NCBI GenBank assembly: GCA_034408725.1
Contig: JAWXCN010000141.1
Coordinates: 1 to 31,514 of the forward strand
Direction: 5' to 3'
DNA: 31,514 nucleotides
Source: Candidatus Hydrogenedentota bacterium
GTDB lineage: Bacteria > Hydrogenedentota > Hydrogenedentia > Hydrogenedentales > SLHB01
Part shown: positions 10,535 to 19,956 of the stretch, piece by piece
How the letters are laid out: the number at the start of each line of letters is the position of its first letter
Position numbering within the stretch: position 1 is the first letter of the stretch
Translations under genes and position numbers: made by a program
Notes under the pieces: model-generated
Seen by the model: the letters and a program-made list of their open reading frames with translations, nothing else
Database searches by the model: none
Told to the model about the DNA's origin: nothing

Positions 10535-11811
10535 GTGCGCGGCGCGATACGCTCTGCTCCGTCCATGTAAGGCCGCAATGCCTGCGGAATAGTCACTGAT
10601 CCGTCCGCCTGCTGGTAATTTTCGAGCACTGCGACGACCGTCCGCCCAACCGCAAGCCCGGAACCGTTGATCGTATGGACGAACTCCGGCTTCTTGCCGC
10701 GCCGGAACCGGATGTTTGCACGGCGCGCCTGGAAATCGCTGTAGTTGGAACACGAGCTAATTTCACGGTACGCATTCTGCCCTGGCAACCAAACTTCGAT
10801 GTCATAGGTTTTCGCCGCGGCAAACGCAATGTCACCCGTGCATAAGGTCATGACGCGGTAGGGCAGTTCCAAGCGTTGCAGTATGCGCTCCGCGTCACGC
10901 GTCAGATTCTCAAGCTCCTCGAACGAAGATTCGGGCGTGGTGAACTTCACCAATTCCACCTTATTGAACTGATGCTGCCGGATCATTCCGCGCGTATCTT
11001 TTCCGTAGGAGCCTGCCTCGCTCCGGAAACACGGCGAATACGCCGCAAATTTTATGGGTAGTTCGTCTTCGCGCAAAATTTCATCGCGAAAGATATTCGT
11101 CACGGGGACCTCCGCGGTGGGAATCAGGAAAAGGTCCTTGCCTTCGTTGGCAATTGCAAATAGATCGTCTTTAAACTTGGGCAAATTCCCCGTGCCGCGT
11201 AAACTGTCGCTGTTTGCCATAAACGGCGGCAGCACTTCTTCGTAACCGTGTTCACGCGTGTGGATGTCGAGAAAGAAATTAATGAGCGCGCGTTCGATGC
11301 GCGCGCCTGCTCCGCGCGACAAACAGAACCGCGACCCCGCGATCTTCGCAGCGCGCTCAAAGTCGAGAATGCCAAGCGTTGCACCGAGATCGACGTGGTC
11401 CCTCGGTTCAAAATCGAACGTGCGCGGTTCGCCCCATGTGCGTTCTTCGCGATTGTCCGTTTCGTCCTTGCCAACCGGCACACTTGCGTCCGGAGGATTC
11501 GGAATTAGGAGCAGACGATCCTCAAGCTCCGCATCCGCCGTGCGCACCGCATCGTCAAGTTCCTTGATGCGCGCGCTGACCGATTTCATCGCCTCCAATT
11601 GCGGTGAAGCGTCCTGCTTGTCGCGTTTGAGACGCGCAATCTCTTCGCTGGCGCGATTTTGTTCGGCGCGCAACTGCTCCATCTCGTGCTGCACGCCGCG
11701 CCGCGTGGCGTCGATCTGCACGACAGCGTCCAGATCGATCGATGCGTTTCGTTGCGCAAGCGCTTCGCGCAATGTTTCCAGGTTCTCTCGCAAATACTTG
11801 ATGTCAATCAT
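10531..11811 (-). CDS. serS: Serine--tRNA ligase
   Basis: [11 protein letters not shown]-terminal coiled coil, [52 protein letters not shown]. Confidence 0.99.
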   Translation of the reverse strand: MIDIKYLRENLETLREALAQRNASIDLDAVVQIDATRRGVQHEMEQLRAEQNRASEEIARLKRDKQDASPQLEAMKSVSARIKELDDAVRTADAELEDRLLLIPNPPDASVPVGKDETDNREERTWGEPRTFDFEPRDHVDLGATLGILDFERAAKIAGSRFCLSRGAGARIERALINFFLDIHTREHGYEEVLPPFMANSDSLRGTGNLPKFKDDLFAIANEGKDLFLIPTAEVPVTNIFRDEILREDELPIKFAAYSPCFRSEAGSYGKDTRGMIRQHQFNKVELVKFTTPESSFEELENLTRDAERILQRLELPYRVMTLCTGDIAFAAAKTYDIEVWLPGQNAYREISSCSNYSDFQARRANIRFRRGKKPEFVHTINGSGLAVGRTVVAVLENYQQADGSVTIPQALRPYMDGAERIAPRT

Positions 11812-11842
11812 TCGTTAGCGGGCTTTCCCATAGCAAGGCAAT

Positions 11843-12199
11843 TCATGCAGATTCCAGAAAATTTGGTGGAGCGAAGAAATTTCGTTTCCGTAGCGGTTCT
11901 GGCGACTCATCTTCACATAAACGCCGAAGCCGGCGAAGTGTCTGCGCAGATTCCAATAAATAGAATGGTTCAGAAATCGGGACTACTTCCGCGGTCCATA
12001 CCGGAGGCGATTGCCCGGCGCGCGCCGCAAACAACTCCACCAATGCGGCGGTACAAGCGATTTCCCGTCGATCCGTGAGATTGGGCATCGACACAGTCGT
12101 GTAATCGGCCACGGAGCGGACGTAATCGATTGCGTGAGCTCGTAGCGCCAAAGCATCACGCCGAATCGCGGCGCGCGCTACATCTTCAAGCGTCGTCAT
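11843..12199 (-). CDS. Hypothetical protein, probably antitoxin-like partner of nucleotidyltransferase toxins
   Basis: 118-aa ORF filling the parB-serS gap. AALVELFA...PPVW...EPFYL...ESPEPLRKRNFF resembles small proteins usually encoded beside DUF6036-type nucleotidyltransferases (recalled, not searched). Confidence 0.65.
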   Translation of the reverse strand: MTTLEDVARAAIRRDALALRAHAIDYVRSVADYTTVSMPNLTDRREIACTAALVELFAARAGQSPPVWTAEVVPISEPFYLLESAQTLRRLRRLCEDESPEPLRKRNFFAPPNFLESA

Positions 12200-12238
12200 A
12201 CATGCTTCCCCATAGGGTTTTCGACAGCAGTCTCATTG

Positions 12239-13156
12239 TTATGGACTCTCACGCAGCCGGTCCAATATGCGGTCGAAATCATCAAGGGTGTAGTACTCAA
12301 TGATAATCTTCCCCTTTTTCAAATCGTTGCCCGTTGGTGCAACGCTCACCCGCGTACCGAGGCTTCGCCGAAGTTCATCCTCTATGGATGCGATATTCGG
12401 GTTCTTTGCCGCGACGTGTTTTGCCTTCTTTGGCGTGGGCACGGAAACTGACGTCATACGCTCGACCTGCCGCACGGACAGTCCCTGATCGACGATAGCC
12501 TTGCAAACCGCGCTCTGTTCTTTCGCCCCCGGAAGTGCAAGCAGTGCGCGGGCGTGGCCCATCGTTATCGCGCCGCTCACGACCGCATCTTGAACGTCCT
12601 GCGCGAGATTCAACAGCCGCAACGTGTTTGTGATCGTTGCGCGCTTTTTTCCTACCTGCTCCGCGCATTGCTCCTGGGTCCACCCAAACTCGCGCATTAA
12701 CAATTCGTATGCCCGCGCCAACTCGATGGCGTTCAGGTCTTCGCGCTGGATGTTTTCGATCAACCCGAATTTGAGCATGTCGGTGTCCGCGATGCTACGG
12801 ACTATGGCCGGCACACTTGCGACGCCCGCGAGCATGCTGGCGCGCACGCGCCGTTCACCGCTCACCAACTGGTATTCACCGTTCACGACGCGAACAATGA
12901 CGGGTTCCATCACCCCATCGCGCGCGATCGAATCCGCAAGCTCGCGAAGCGGTTCTTCGGCGAATGCGGTGCGCGGTTGTTTGGGGTTTGGTTTGATAAT
13001 GTGCGGATCGAGTTCCAGCACACGGTCCCCTGCATCGGTTGGTGAAGTGGGAGGGAGCGCAGCTACAGTTGGTTCGATGGTTTCATCCGCCGCATGCTTT
13101 CCGGGGATCAGCGCGTCCAAGCCCCTGCCCAAACCGCCTTTCTTAAATTTAGACAC
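12239..13156 (-). CDS. parB: Chromosome partitioning protein ParB/Spo0J
   Basis: GLGRGLDALI, PNPKQPR, CTP-binding GERRVRA, IENIQREDLNAIE, HTH WTQEQCAEQVGKKRATITNTLRLL, MGHARALL. Confidence 0.98.
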   Translation of the reverse strand: MSKFKKGGLGRGLDALIPGKHAADETIEPTVAALPPTSPTDAGDRVLELDPHIIKPNPKQPRTAFAEEPLRELADSIARDGVMEPVIVRVVNGEYQLVSGERRVRASMLAGVASVPAIVRSIADTDMLKFGLIENIQREDLNAIELARAYELLMREFGWTQEQCAEQVGKKRATITNTLRLLNLAQDVQDAVVSGAITMGHARALLALPGAKEQSAVCKAIVDQGLSVRQVERMTSVSVPTPKKAKHVAAKNPNIASIEDELRRSLGTRVSVAPTGNDLKKGKIIIEYYTLDDFDRILDRLRESP

Positions 13157-13907
13157 GCGCCAGCACCTCTTTCGCCAATGCAGTGTACGCTTGCGCTCCG
13201 GCCGACTTGTCGTCGTACATCACCGCCGGCTTGCCGAAACTCGGCGCTTCGCTCAACGTGACGTTCCGGGGAACGATCGTCTGAAATACGCGCTTCTCCA
13301 AATGTGATCGCACATCTTCCACGACCTGCTTCGACAAGTTCGTATGTGAATACATCGTCAGGAGAACGCCATCAACAACCAACGCCGGGTTCAGATTGTC
13401 CCGTACAAGCTTGATGGTTTGAAGCAATTCGCTGAGCCCCTCTAGCGCATAGTATTCGCATTGAAGCGGCACGATGACGCCGCCCGCCGCCACCAATCCG
13501 TTCACGGTGAGCAGACTTAACGACGGCGGACAATCGATGATCACGAAATCATAGGAATCCACAACGGATTCGAGGCATTGCTTCAATCGGTACTCGCGCT
13601 CGTCAATCGAAACAAATTCGATCTCCGCGCCCACGAGTTGGCGGTTCGACGGAACCAAAAAGAGATTCGCAATATCCGTGGGCCGGACCGTTTCGGACAA
13701 TGGAACTTGTTCCGAAAGCGCATCGTACAGCGTATAGGGAACGTCATTTTTGTTCACGCCAAGGCCGCTGGTCGCATTGCCCTGCGGATCAAGATCGATC
13801 AGCAGCGTCTTCCGTCCCTCGATCGCAAGCGCGGCAGCAAGATTCACGGCAGTCGTTGTTTTTCCAACGCCGCCCTTTTGATTTGCTATCGCGATAATCC
13901 GACCCAT
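13149..13907 (-). CDS. parA: Chromosome partitioning ATPase ParA/Soj
   Basis: ANQKGGVGKTTT, DLDPQGNATSGLG, IIDCPPSL, QCEYYALEG, PRNVTLSEAPSFG. Alternative start at 13913. Confidence 0.98.
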   Translation of the reverse strand: MGRIIAIANQKGGVGKTTTAVNLAAALAIEGRKTLLIDLDPQGNATSGLGVNKNDVPYTLYDALSEQVPLSETVRPTDIANLFLVPSNRQLVGAEIEFVSIDEREYRLKQCLESVVDSYDFVIIDCPPSLSLLTVNGLVAAGGVIVPLQCEYYALEGLSELLQTIKLVRDNLNPALVVDGVLLTMYSHTNLSKQVVEDVRSHLEKRVFQTIVPRNVTLSEAPSFGKPAVMYDDKSAGAQAYTALAKEVLARV

Positions 13908-14007
13908 GCCCATCCGTCTGCTCGCGGTCCGTCCGCGTTTGTCATGGAACAAAAGAAGAACAGCGGCGAACATGCCTGCGCAGACAGATGCGCGCCGTGA
14001 AGCGCGA

Positions 14008-14037
14008 ATGATACGGAGCCTCGCGCCGACAAGTCAA
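14008..14037 (-). promoter_or_regulatory. Putative sigma-70 promoter of the parA operon
   Basis: Minus strand TTGACT-N18-TATCAT about 100 nt upstream of parA. Confidence 0.55.
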
Positions 14038-14148
14038 AAGGTTGTGCGGGGCGATTCGGCCCTCACGATGCGTCTGTACCGCCTACTGATTCATTTATCA
14101 GCGAAGCTATGACGCGGAAGTATGGAAGTTCATGGATTTCTTCGCGGA

Positions 14149-15216
14149 TCAAATCATGTATTCAGGCTCGAATACCCGCACATCACGCGGTTTTACATAT
14201 ACTGAATCGTTCCGCACAAGTTTGAGGTCGCGGAATTGTTCTTGTGTAATCGATACATGGAACAGGCCACCCCCATCGCCAGCAAGTTCGAGTTTCACGA
14301 CTGGGCCGGCTGCATTAATGTGGACGATCTTCGCGGAAATATCGCCGGGTCCGAAGGACTCCCGCGCGATATCTAACCCATGCGGACGAACATACCCATA
14401 CGAAGCCTTTTCGTCATTGCTCTGGTCATTTTCGGCGGCTTCGGCACTTCCCGCAACGACTACATTGCCGTCTTCGATGCGCACGTGAAAAAGGTTCACG
14501 TCCCCAAGGAATTGATATACGAATGGCGTCGCAGGGTGATGATAAACGTCTTCCGGCGTGCCGACCTGCTCGATACGACCCTGACTCATCACGACGATTT
14601 CGTCGGCGACCTCAAGCGCTTCTTCCTGATCGTGCGTCACGAAAACGCTGGTGACATGAAGTTCGTCGTGCAGGCGCCGCAACCACCGCCGAAGCTCTTT
14701 GCGCACTTTCGCGTCCAATGCGCCAAACGGTTCGTCCAGCAATAACACCTTGGGTTCGACGGCCAATGCGCGGGAAAGCGCCACGCGCTGGCGTTGCCCG
14801 CCCGAAAGCTGGGTTGGATAGCGGTGCGCCATGTGCTCAAGCTGGACGAGTTTCAGAAGCGCCATGACCCGATCGGAAATTTCGGATTTGGCGGGCCGGG
14901 TGTGCCGCGGGCGCACGCGCAATCCGAACGCGACGTTCTCGAACACGGTCATGTGCTTGAACAAGGCGTAATGCTGAAACACAAATCCGACATTGCGATC
15001 ACGCGCCGAGCGCGCCGAAATATCTTCGCCGTTAATCTCGATTGTGCCGCAGGCCGGCACATCGAGTCCCGCGATAATCCGCAATAGCGTCGTCTTGCCC
15101 GAACCAGATGGGCCTAGCAGCGCCATCAACCCGTCGGACGGTATGTCGAGCGAGACATCATGCAACGCTATAAAATTGCCGAAACTTTTCGTAATGTTTC
15201 GTACCGTGATACTCAT
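14149..15216 (-). CDS. cysA: Sulfate/thiosulfate ABC transporter ATP-binding protein
   Basis: [78 protein letters not shown]-terminal TOBE-like region. Confidence 0.97.
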   Translation of the reverse strand: MSITVRNITKSFGNFIALHDVSLDIPSDGLMALLGPSGSGKTTLLRIIAGLDVPACGTIEINGEDISARSARDRNVGFVFQHYALFKHMTVFENVAFGLRVRPRHTRPAKSEISDRVMALLKLVQLEHMAHRYPTQLSGGQRQRVALSRALAVEPKVLLLDEPFGALDAKVRKELRRWLRRLHDELHVTSVFVTHDQEEALEVADEIVVMSQGRIEQVGTPEDVYHHPATPFVYQFLGDVNLFHVRIEDGNVVVAGSAEAAENDQSNDEKASYGYVRPHGLDIARESFGPGDISAKIVHINAAGPVVKLELAGDGGGLFHVSITQEQFRDLKLVRNDSVYVKPRDVRVFEPEYMI

Positions 15217-16073
15217 GCCGTTAGTCCTTCCGTATTTATTTGGTCAGGTTTTTTCTGGACGCGCAGGGTGTTCCATTCAACGAAACTCTTCAGCATGAGC
15301 GTTACCAGCGCGAGGAACGCGAGAATCGATGCCACGGCAAACGCCGCCACGAAGTTGTATTCGTTGTAGAGTATTTCGACGTGCAGGGGAACGGTGTTTG
15401 TCTGGCCGCGAACGTGACCCGAAACGACCGACACTGCGCCGAATTCACCCATGGCGCGGGCGTTGCACAGGATGACTCCATACAACAAGCCCCACTTTAT
15501 GTTGGGAATCGTCACCCGCAGAAACGTCTTGATGCCGGACGCGCCAAGCAGGATGGCCGCTTCTTCTTCTTCCGTCCCCTGCTGTTCCATCAGCGGAATC
15601 AACTCCCGCGCGACAAACGGAAACGTGACGAAAATTGTTGCCAGAACAATGCCCGGCACCGCGAACACGATCTGGATGTCGTGCTCGTAGAGCCAAGGTC
15701 CGAGCCAGCCCTGCAACCCGAAAAGAAGTACATAGATGAGTCCAGAGATCACGGGCGACACGCTGAACGGAACGTCAATCAAAGTGAGCAGGACGTTTTT
15801 GCCCCGAAAATGGAACTTGGCGATTGCCCACGACGCTGCGATTCCGAACACGAGGTTCGCGGGCACGGCAATCGCTGCCGCGATGACCGTGAGCTTGATC
15901 GCGGAAACCGCATCAGGGTCGGCGAGCGCTTTCCAATAAGCGGTCACGCCTTTTTCAAGCGCCTGCACGAAAACAAGCGCAAGAGGTAAAACCAGGAACA
16001 GGATCATGAATAGAAGCGCCAGTATGATCAGCGTCCAACGGACGATAGCTGTTTCGCGCACGGTGTGTGACAT
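15213..16073 (-). CDS. cysW: Sulfate ABC transporter permease CysW
   Basis: [62 protein letters not shown]. Confidence 0.97.
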   Translation of the reverse strand: MSHTVRETAIVRWTLIILALLFMILFLVLPLALVFVQALEKGVTAYWKALADPDAVSAIKLTVIAAAIAVPANLVFGIAASWAIAKFHFRGKNVLLTLIDVPFSVSPVISGLIYVLLFGLQGWLGPWLYEHDIQIVFAVPGIVLATIFVTFPFVARELIPLMEQQGTEEEEAAILLGASGIKTFLRVTIPNIKWGLLYGVILCNARAMGEFGAVSVVSGHVRGQTNTVPLHVEILYNEYNFVAAFAVASILAFLALVTLMLKSFVEWNTLRVQKKPDQINTEGLTA

Positions 16074-16085
16074 GCTGTTCGCTCC

Positions 16086-16922
16086 TTAGTGCGAAGTTGC
16101 ACGGTTGCCGCTCCACCGCTGGAGCAGATTGACAATGAACAACAGGACGAACGAAATCACCAGCATCAGGACTCCAATTACCGTTGCCCCCGCGTAGTCG
16201 AACTGTTCAAGTTTGGTCATGATCAGTAGCGGGAGAATTTCCGTCTTCATGGGCATGTTGCCGGAGATGAACACGACGGAGCCGTATTCGCCAACCGCCC
16301 GCGCAAATGCCATTGCGAATCCCGCGAGCAGCGCCGGCAAAACAGAGGGCAACAGCACGCGCAGAAACGTTTGCAGGCGCGTTGCGCCGAGGCTCATCGC
16401 CGCTTCTTCAATTTCACGGTCCAGGTCTTCCAGTACAGGCTGCACGGTCCGCACAACGAACGGCAGGCCGATAAATGTCAAGGCAACAATAATGCCGAGC
16501 GGCGTGTAGGCGACCTTGATGCCAATCGGCGCGAGCAGTTTTCCCAGCCATCCATTCGGGGCGTAGAGCGTAGTCAAGGCGATGCCAGCTACAGCCGTGG
16601 GCAGTGCAAACGGCAGATCGACAAGAGCGTCTACGATATGTTTGCCAGGGAATGAGTAACGGACCAGCACCCATGCCACAAGCAAACCGAACACAATATT
16701 GACGAGCGCGGCGGCGAATGACGCCCCAAAGCTCAGTTTGCACGCCGCAATGACGCGCGCGTCGGTGATGAGCGCCCAGATATCTCCGGGCGACATCGTC
16801 GCCGCGCGCAACGCCATCGCGGCGAGCGGCATGAGCACAATCAGGCTCAAGTACAGCACGGTGTAGCCGGCGGCGATTCCGAATCCCGGCAGAACACTGT
16901 GGCGTTTATTCAAGATGGGCAT
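16086..16922 (-). CDS. cysT: Sulfate ABC transporter permease CysT
   Basis: [52 protein letters not shown]. Confidence 0.97.
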   Translation of the reverse strand: MPILNKRHSVLPGFGIAAGYTVLYLSLIVLMPLAAMALRAATMSPGDIWALITDARVIAACKLSFGASFAAALVNIVFGLLVAWVLVRYSFPGKHIVDALVDLPFALPTAVAGIALTTLYAPNGWLGKLLAPIGIKVAYTPLGIIVALTFIGLPFVVRTVQPVLEDLDREIEEAAMSLGATRLQTFLRVLLPSVLPALLAGFAMAFARAVGEYGSVVFISGNMPMKTEILPLLIMTKLEQFDYAGATVIGVLMLVISFVLLFIVNLLQRWSGNRATSH

Positions 16923-16931
16923 GAATGCGCC

Positions 16932-17930
16932 TTATTTCGGCAAGTAAATCTGGTCGAAGGTGCCGCCATCATCGAAGTGCGCCTTCTGCGCCGCGGCCCA
17001 GCCACCGAATTTTTCGTCAATCGTGAAGAGGGTAATCGCCGGAAACTGCGTTGCGTACTTGTTCGCAACTTCTTCATTCCGGGGACGGTAGAAGTTTTTT
17101 GCGATGATCTCCTGCGCCTCCGGCGAGTACAGGTATTCGAGGTACGCGGTTGCAACTTCCAGCGTTCCGTGCTTTTTCGCGACGCGCTCGACAACGGTCA
17201 CGGGAGGCTCGGCGAGAATGCTTGCCGGTGGATATACAATGTCGAACTTGTCCGCGCCGAATTCACGCAACGCAAGGTGCGCTTCGTTCTCCCACGAGAT
17301 GTATGCGTCGCCGATCTCGCGCTGAACAAATGTTGTCGTCGAGCCGCGCGCACCCGAGTCCAGCACGGGCACGTTTTTGTAGAGCCGTGTGATGAAGTCG
17401 CGGATTTTGGCGTCGTCGTTGCCCAGCGTGTCCGCGGCATAGGCCCACGCGGCAAGGTAGTTCCAGCGCGCGCCGCCGGACGTTTTCGGGTTGGGAGTGA
17501 TCACCGAAATACCTGCTTTCGCGAGATCGTCCCAGTCTTTGACACCTTTGGGATTGCCCTTGCGGACGAGGAACACTACGGTCGAATAGTAGGGGGTGCT
17601 ATTGTCCGGCAGTTTCGTCTGCCAATCCGCGGGGATTCGCTGGGTCTTTTGCGCGATCGCATCAATGTCATACGCAAGCGCCAACGTTACGACGTCGGCT
17701 TCCAGACCGTCAATGACGGCTCGCGCCTGTTTGCCCGCGCCGCCGTGCGACTGGTTGACCGTGACTTCCTGGCCCTTCTCGGCCTTCCAGTGCGCCGCGA
17801 ACGCAGCGTTGTATTGTTCATAGAGTTCGCGGGTCGGATCGTAGGAGACATTCAAAAGTTCGACGGCTTTTTGCGCGGAAGCACTTGTCGCAAATACCGC
17901 CGTAGCCAATACCGCAATCATAAATTTCAT
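16932..17930 (-). CDS. sbp: Periplasmic sulfate-binding protein
   Basis: Signal peptide from ATG 17930. Motifs [57 protein letters not shown]. Confidence 0.97.
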   Translation of the reverse strand: MKFMIAVLATAVFATSASAQKAVELLNVSYDPTRELYEQYNAAFAAHWKAEKGQEVTVNQSHGGAGKQARAVIDGLEADVVTLALAYDIDAIAQKTQRIPADWQTKLPDNSTPYYSTVVFLVRKGNPKGVKDWDDLAKAGISVITPNPKTSGGARWNYLAAWAYAADTLGNDDAKIRDFITRLYKNVPVLDSGARGSTTTFVQREIGDAYISWENEAHLALREFGADKFDIVYPPASILAEPPVTVVERVAKKHGTLEVATAYLEYLYSPEAQEIIAKNFYRPRNEEVANKYATQFPAITLFTIDEKFGGWAAAQKAHFDDGGTFDQIYLPK

Positions 17931-17957
17931 GGTGCACCTTTTATTTTCATTTAATGA

Positions 17958-17992
17958 AGGCGGCGCATCGCAAACAGTGCAATGCGCCGCCT
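17958..17992 (-). other. Strong intra-operon stem-loop (mRNA stabiliser or partial terminator)
   Basis: Perfect 11-bp inverted repeat AGGCGGCGCAT/ATGCGCCGCCT, extendable to 15 bp with one U-G pair in the minus-strand RNA. No U-tract follows on the minus strand. Confidence 0.7.
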
Positions 17993-18023
17993 CCACGGGA
18001 GGGAACGCAAGAGATGAATCTGC

Positions 18024-18242
18024 TTATGCCACAGGCGGCTGTTCGCCCTTCTTGTCTTCGTATATGTTGACCGCGCGCTCGAGACCTGTTGTGTAGGCCC
18101 CAAAGGCTGCGCCCAGACCGCCCGTCAATACGCTGACGCCTGTGGCGAATGTGCCGAACGTCGTGATGACCTGCTGAAGCTGTAAAAGCGACAGCGCCAT
18201 CGCGGGCCGGTGATGTTTGCTGATCGTGCGTGTGTGTTTCAT
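18024..18242 (-). CDS. Small unknown peptide (72 aa) with basic leader and amphipathic core
   Basis: AAAAAGGA SD-like sequence before ATG 18242. Co-oriented between porin and sbp and fills the gap. Sequence MKHTRTISKHHRPAMA-LSLLQLQQVITTFGTFATGVSVLTGGLGAAFGAYTTGLERAVNIYEDKKGEQPPVA. Confidence 0.75.
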   Translation of the reverse strand: MKHTRTISKHHRPAMALSLLQLQQVITTFGTFATGVSVLTGGLGAAFGAYTTGLERAVNIYEDKKGEQPPVA

Positions 18243-18309
18243 GATTCGAGTTCCTTTTTGATTGTGATTTTTCAGGGCGCCACCCATGACGCCTGACCGT
18301 TTTCAGTCT

Positions 18310-19818
18310 TTAGAACGCCACCTGCGTCCGCAGTTGGAGTGATTCGTACTCGCCTTCATATAGGTCGTGCTCAACGTCGTTGATGATGTAATTCAACGTG
18401 ACGTGCGTATTCGGGTTCAGATACCAGCGCAAACCAGCGGTCAAACTGCTGTGTTCACCCCCGCGCACACCACCGTCGGTCAGATCGGCGTCGGCATACC
18501 GCAGCGCTACTTCCCACGCGCCCCAGCCATCTGTTTTCCCCCATCCGAAATTGCGCTTGGGAGTAATCTTGTCGAAGGTTGCCGTGTCGTGCCGGAACGT
18601 CCGGTGTTCGCCCGTCAGCAGATAGCTCAACTGTCCGTAATACCCGTCGAACGACCGTGAACCGTCGAATGTCGTTTCAACGTCCGCTTTGGTGTACTCG
18701 CCCTGCGCCATGAACGGTCCAATCACCGACGCCAGTTCGACGTTGAACAGGTCAATGTCGTCGGCACGCGCGTCCCGCAAACGGTAATTTGCGAATTTTT
18801 CGGTGTCGGCATACCGGAATAGGGAGAGCCGGGCTTCGGGGCGTGCCGACCAACCAACGACAGCACCGTCCGGATTGCGGCGGCTGTACCCTGCACCGAT
18901 ATGCAACAGCCGTTCGCCGTTTCGGGTGTAAAACGGCAATCCCGCCACGCGCGCGGTGATGTTGTACCCCTGGTCTTCGTCGCTGTCGTTGCTGCTCGGC
19001 CAATTGTCGGTCGTTTTGAATATGCCGAGTGCGTAGTACAGCCGCTCTTTTTTCTCCTCGCCAATCACGGAATCACTCCACTGAATTCCCGCGTTTCGGC
19101 TTGGATAGAAAGCACTCGCAAGCGATCTTTCCTGGAATGTGCGCGCAGGCTGTGACGTGAGCTCTTCCAAACTGAATGGCTCGCGGAAATGGCCAAGCCG
19201 CAGTTCGCCCTTGCGATTACCGCCGTATGGAACGTCCTTCAGCGCAACATACGTGTCGAAGAACGCCGGTGTGTCCTGCCCATTTTCTCCAGCAAATTCG
19301 TACTCAGTCTGGTAGTAAATGTTGTTGAACAACGTTCCGGACAAACGCAGACGAGTGCTGCGGAATCCTGTTCCGTCCTGTTCGTCTCCAACGGAATCCT
19401 CCAACTCCTGGTCCTGGTCGAAGAAGCCAATGTCGTAGGCGACCCAACCCCCAAGTTTCAGCGAAAACGCGCCGTCCCCGGATTTGAAGCTAAACCCGTC
19501 TTTGGCATTAGCCGTGATAACGGGCGCAGTTTTTGCCTTCTCGGCCGCGGCTTCCTTCTCAATCTCTTTCTCACGCTCAAGCACTTTGATTTTTTGATCA
19601 AGCGCTTCAAGTGCGGTTTTCAATGCAGCAACTTCCTCCGACGAGCCGCTTGCCTGGCCCTCCGAGATTCGGGTAACTGCCTGTTGAAGCGCTTCGAGCT
19701 GTTGTTTCAGCTCCGCCACTTCACTTGCCGTTGCCTTTTCCGGCGCTTGCTGGCCAAAGGCCGGCACACCGAGGATGGCTAGCAAGATAATCAGTCGTAT
19801 CAACTGGATACTCTTCAT
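18310..19818 (-). CDS. OprO/OprP-family anion-selective outer-membrane porin, probably for sulfate
   Basis: Signal peptide and N-terminal coiled coil. Motifs GFRSTRLRLSG, GHFREPFSLEELTS, ERS, GYYGQLSYLLTGEHR, GAWEVALRY, GLRWYLN, terminal Phe. Lies in the sulfate operon. Confidence 0.9.
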   Translation of the reverse strand: MKSIQLIRLIILLAILGVPAFGQQAPEKATASEVAELKQQLEALQQAVTRISEGQASGSSEEVAALKTALEALDQKIKVLEREKEIEKEAAAEKAKTAPVITANAKDGFSFKSGDGAFSLKLGGWVAYDIGFFDQDQELEDSVGDEQDGTGFRSTRLRLSGTLFNNIYYQTEYEFAGENGQDTPAFFDTYVALKDVPYGGNRKGELRLGHFREPFSLEELTSQPARTFQERSLASAFYPSRNAGIQWSDSVIGEEKKERLYYALGIFKTTDNWPSSNDSDEDQGYNITARVAGLPFYTRNGERLLHIGAGYSRRNPDGAVVGWSARPEARLSLFRYADTEKFANYRLRDARADDIDLFNVELASVIGPFMAQGEYTKADVETTFDGSRSFDGYYGQLSYLLTGEHRTFRHDTATFDKITPKRNFGWGKTDGWGAWEVALRYADADLTDGGVRGGEHSSLTAGLRWYLNPNTHVTLNYIINDVEHDLYEGEYESLQLRTQVAF

Positions 19819-19956
19819 CTCTCTCTCCTGAAGATTTCGAGCGTCCAGTTGTCTGGTTTGCTCCTATGTGGTGTTCCACTTTCGTTTAGGATTTCGTGCG
19901 ACGCCGGATTGGATATTTACGGTCCTTCATCCCTCCTTCCGGTAGTCTGCGGATCG

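Noticed and set aside
12239-14148. Possible oriC proximity because of parAB
   Set aside because: I saw no DnaA-box cluster, AT-rich unwinding element, or dnaA/rsmG/mnmG in the window.
14249-14264. Second parS-like half-site inside cysA
   Set aside because: Only 9 of 16 positions match and it is explained by coding sequence.
16899-17954. 351-aa plus-strand ORF, and similar long ORFs at 1456-2346, 9638-10570, 15240-15989, 25900-26676 and 30316-30894
   Set aside because: All lie antisense to well-supported genes, as expected in GC-rich DNA.
19886-19930. 14-codon minus-strand ORF MKDRKYPIRRRTKS after AAGGAGG, a possible leader peptide for the porin
   Set aside because: The SD is only 1 nt from the ATG and the peptide has no Cys/Met sensor codons. 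The GGAGG more likely belongs to the hairpin motif.
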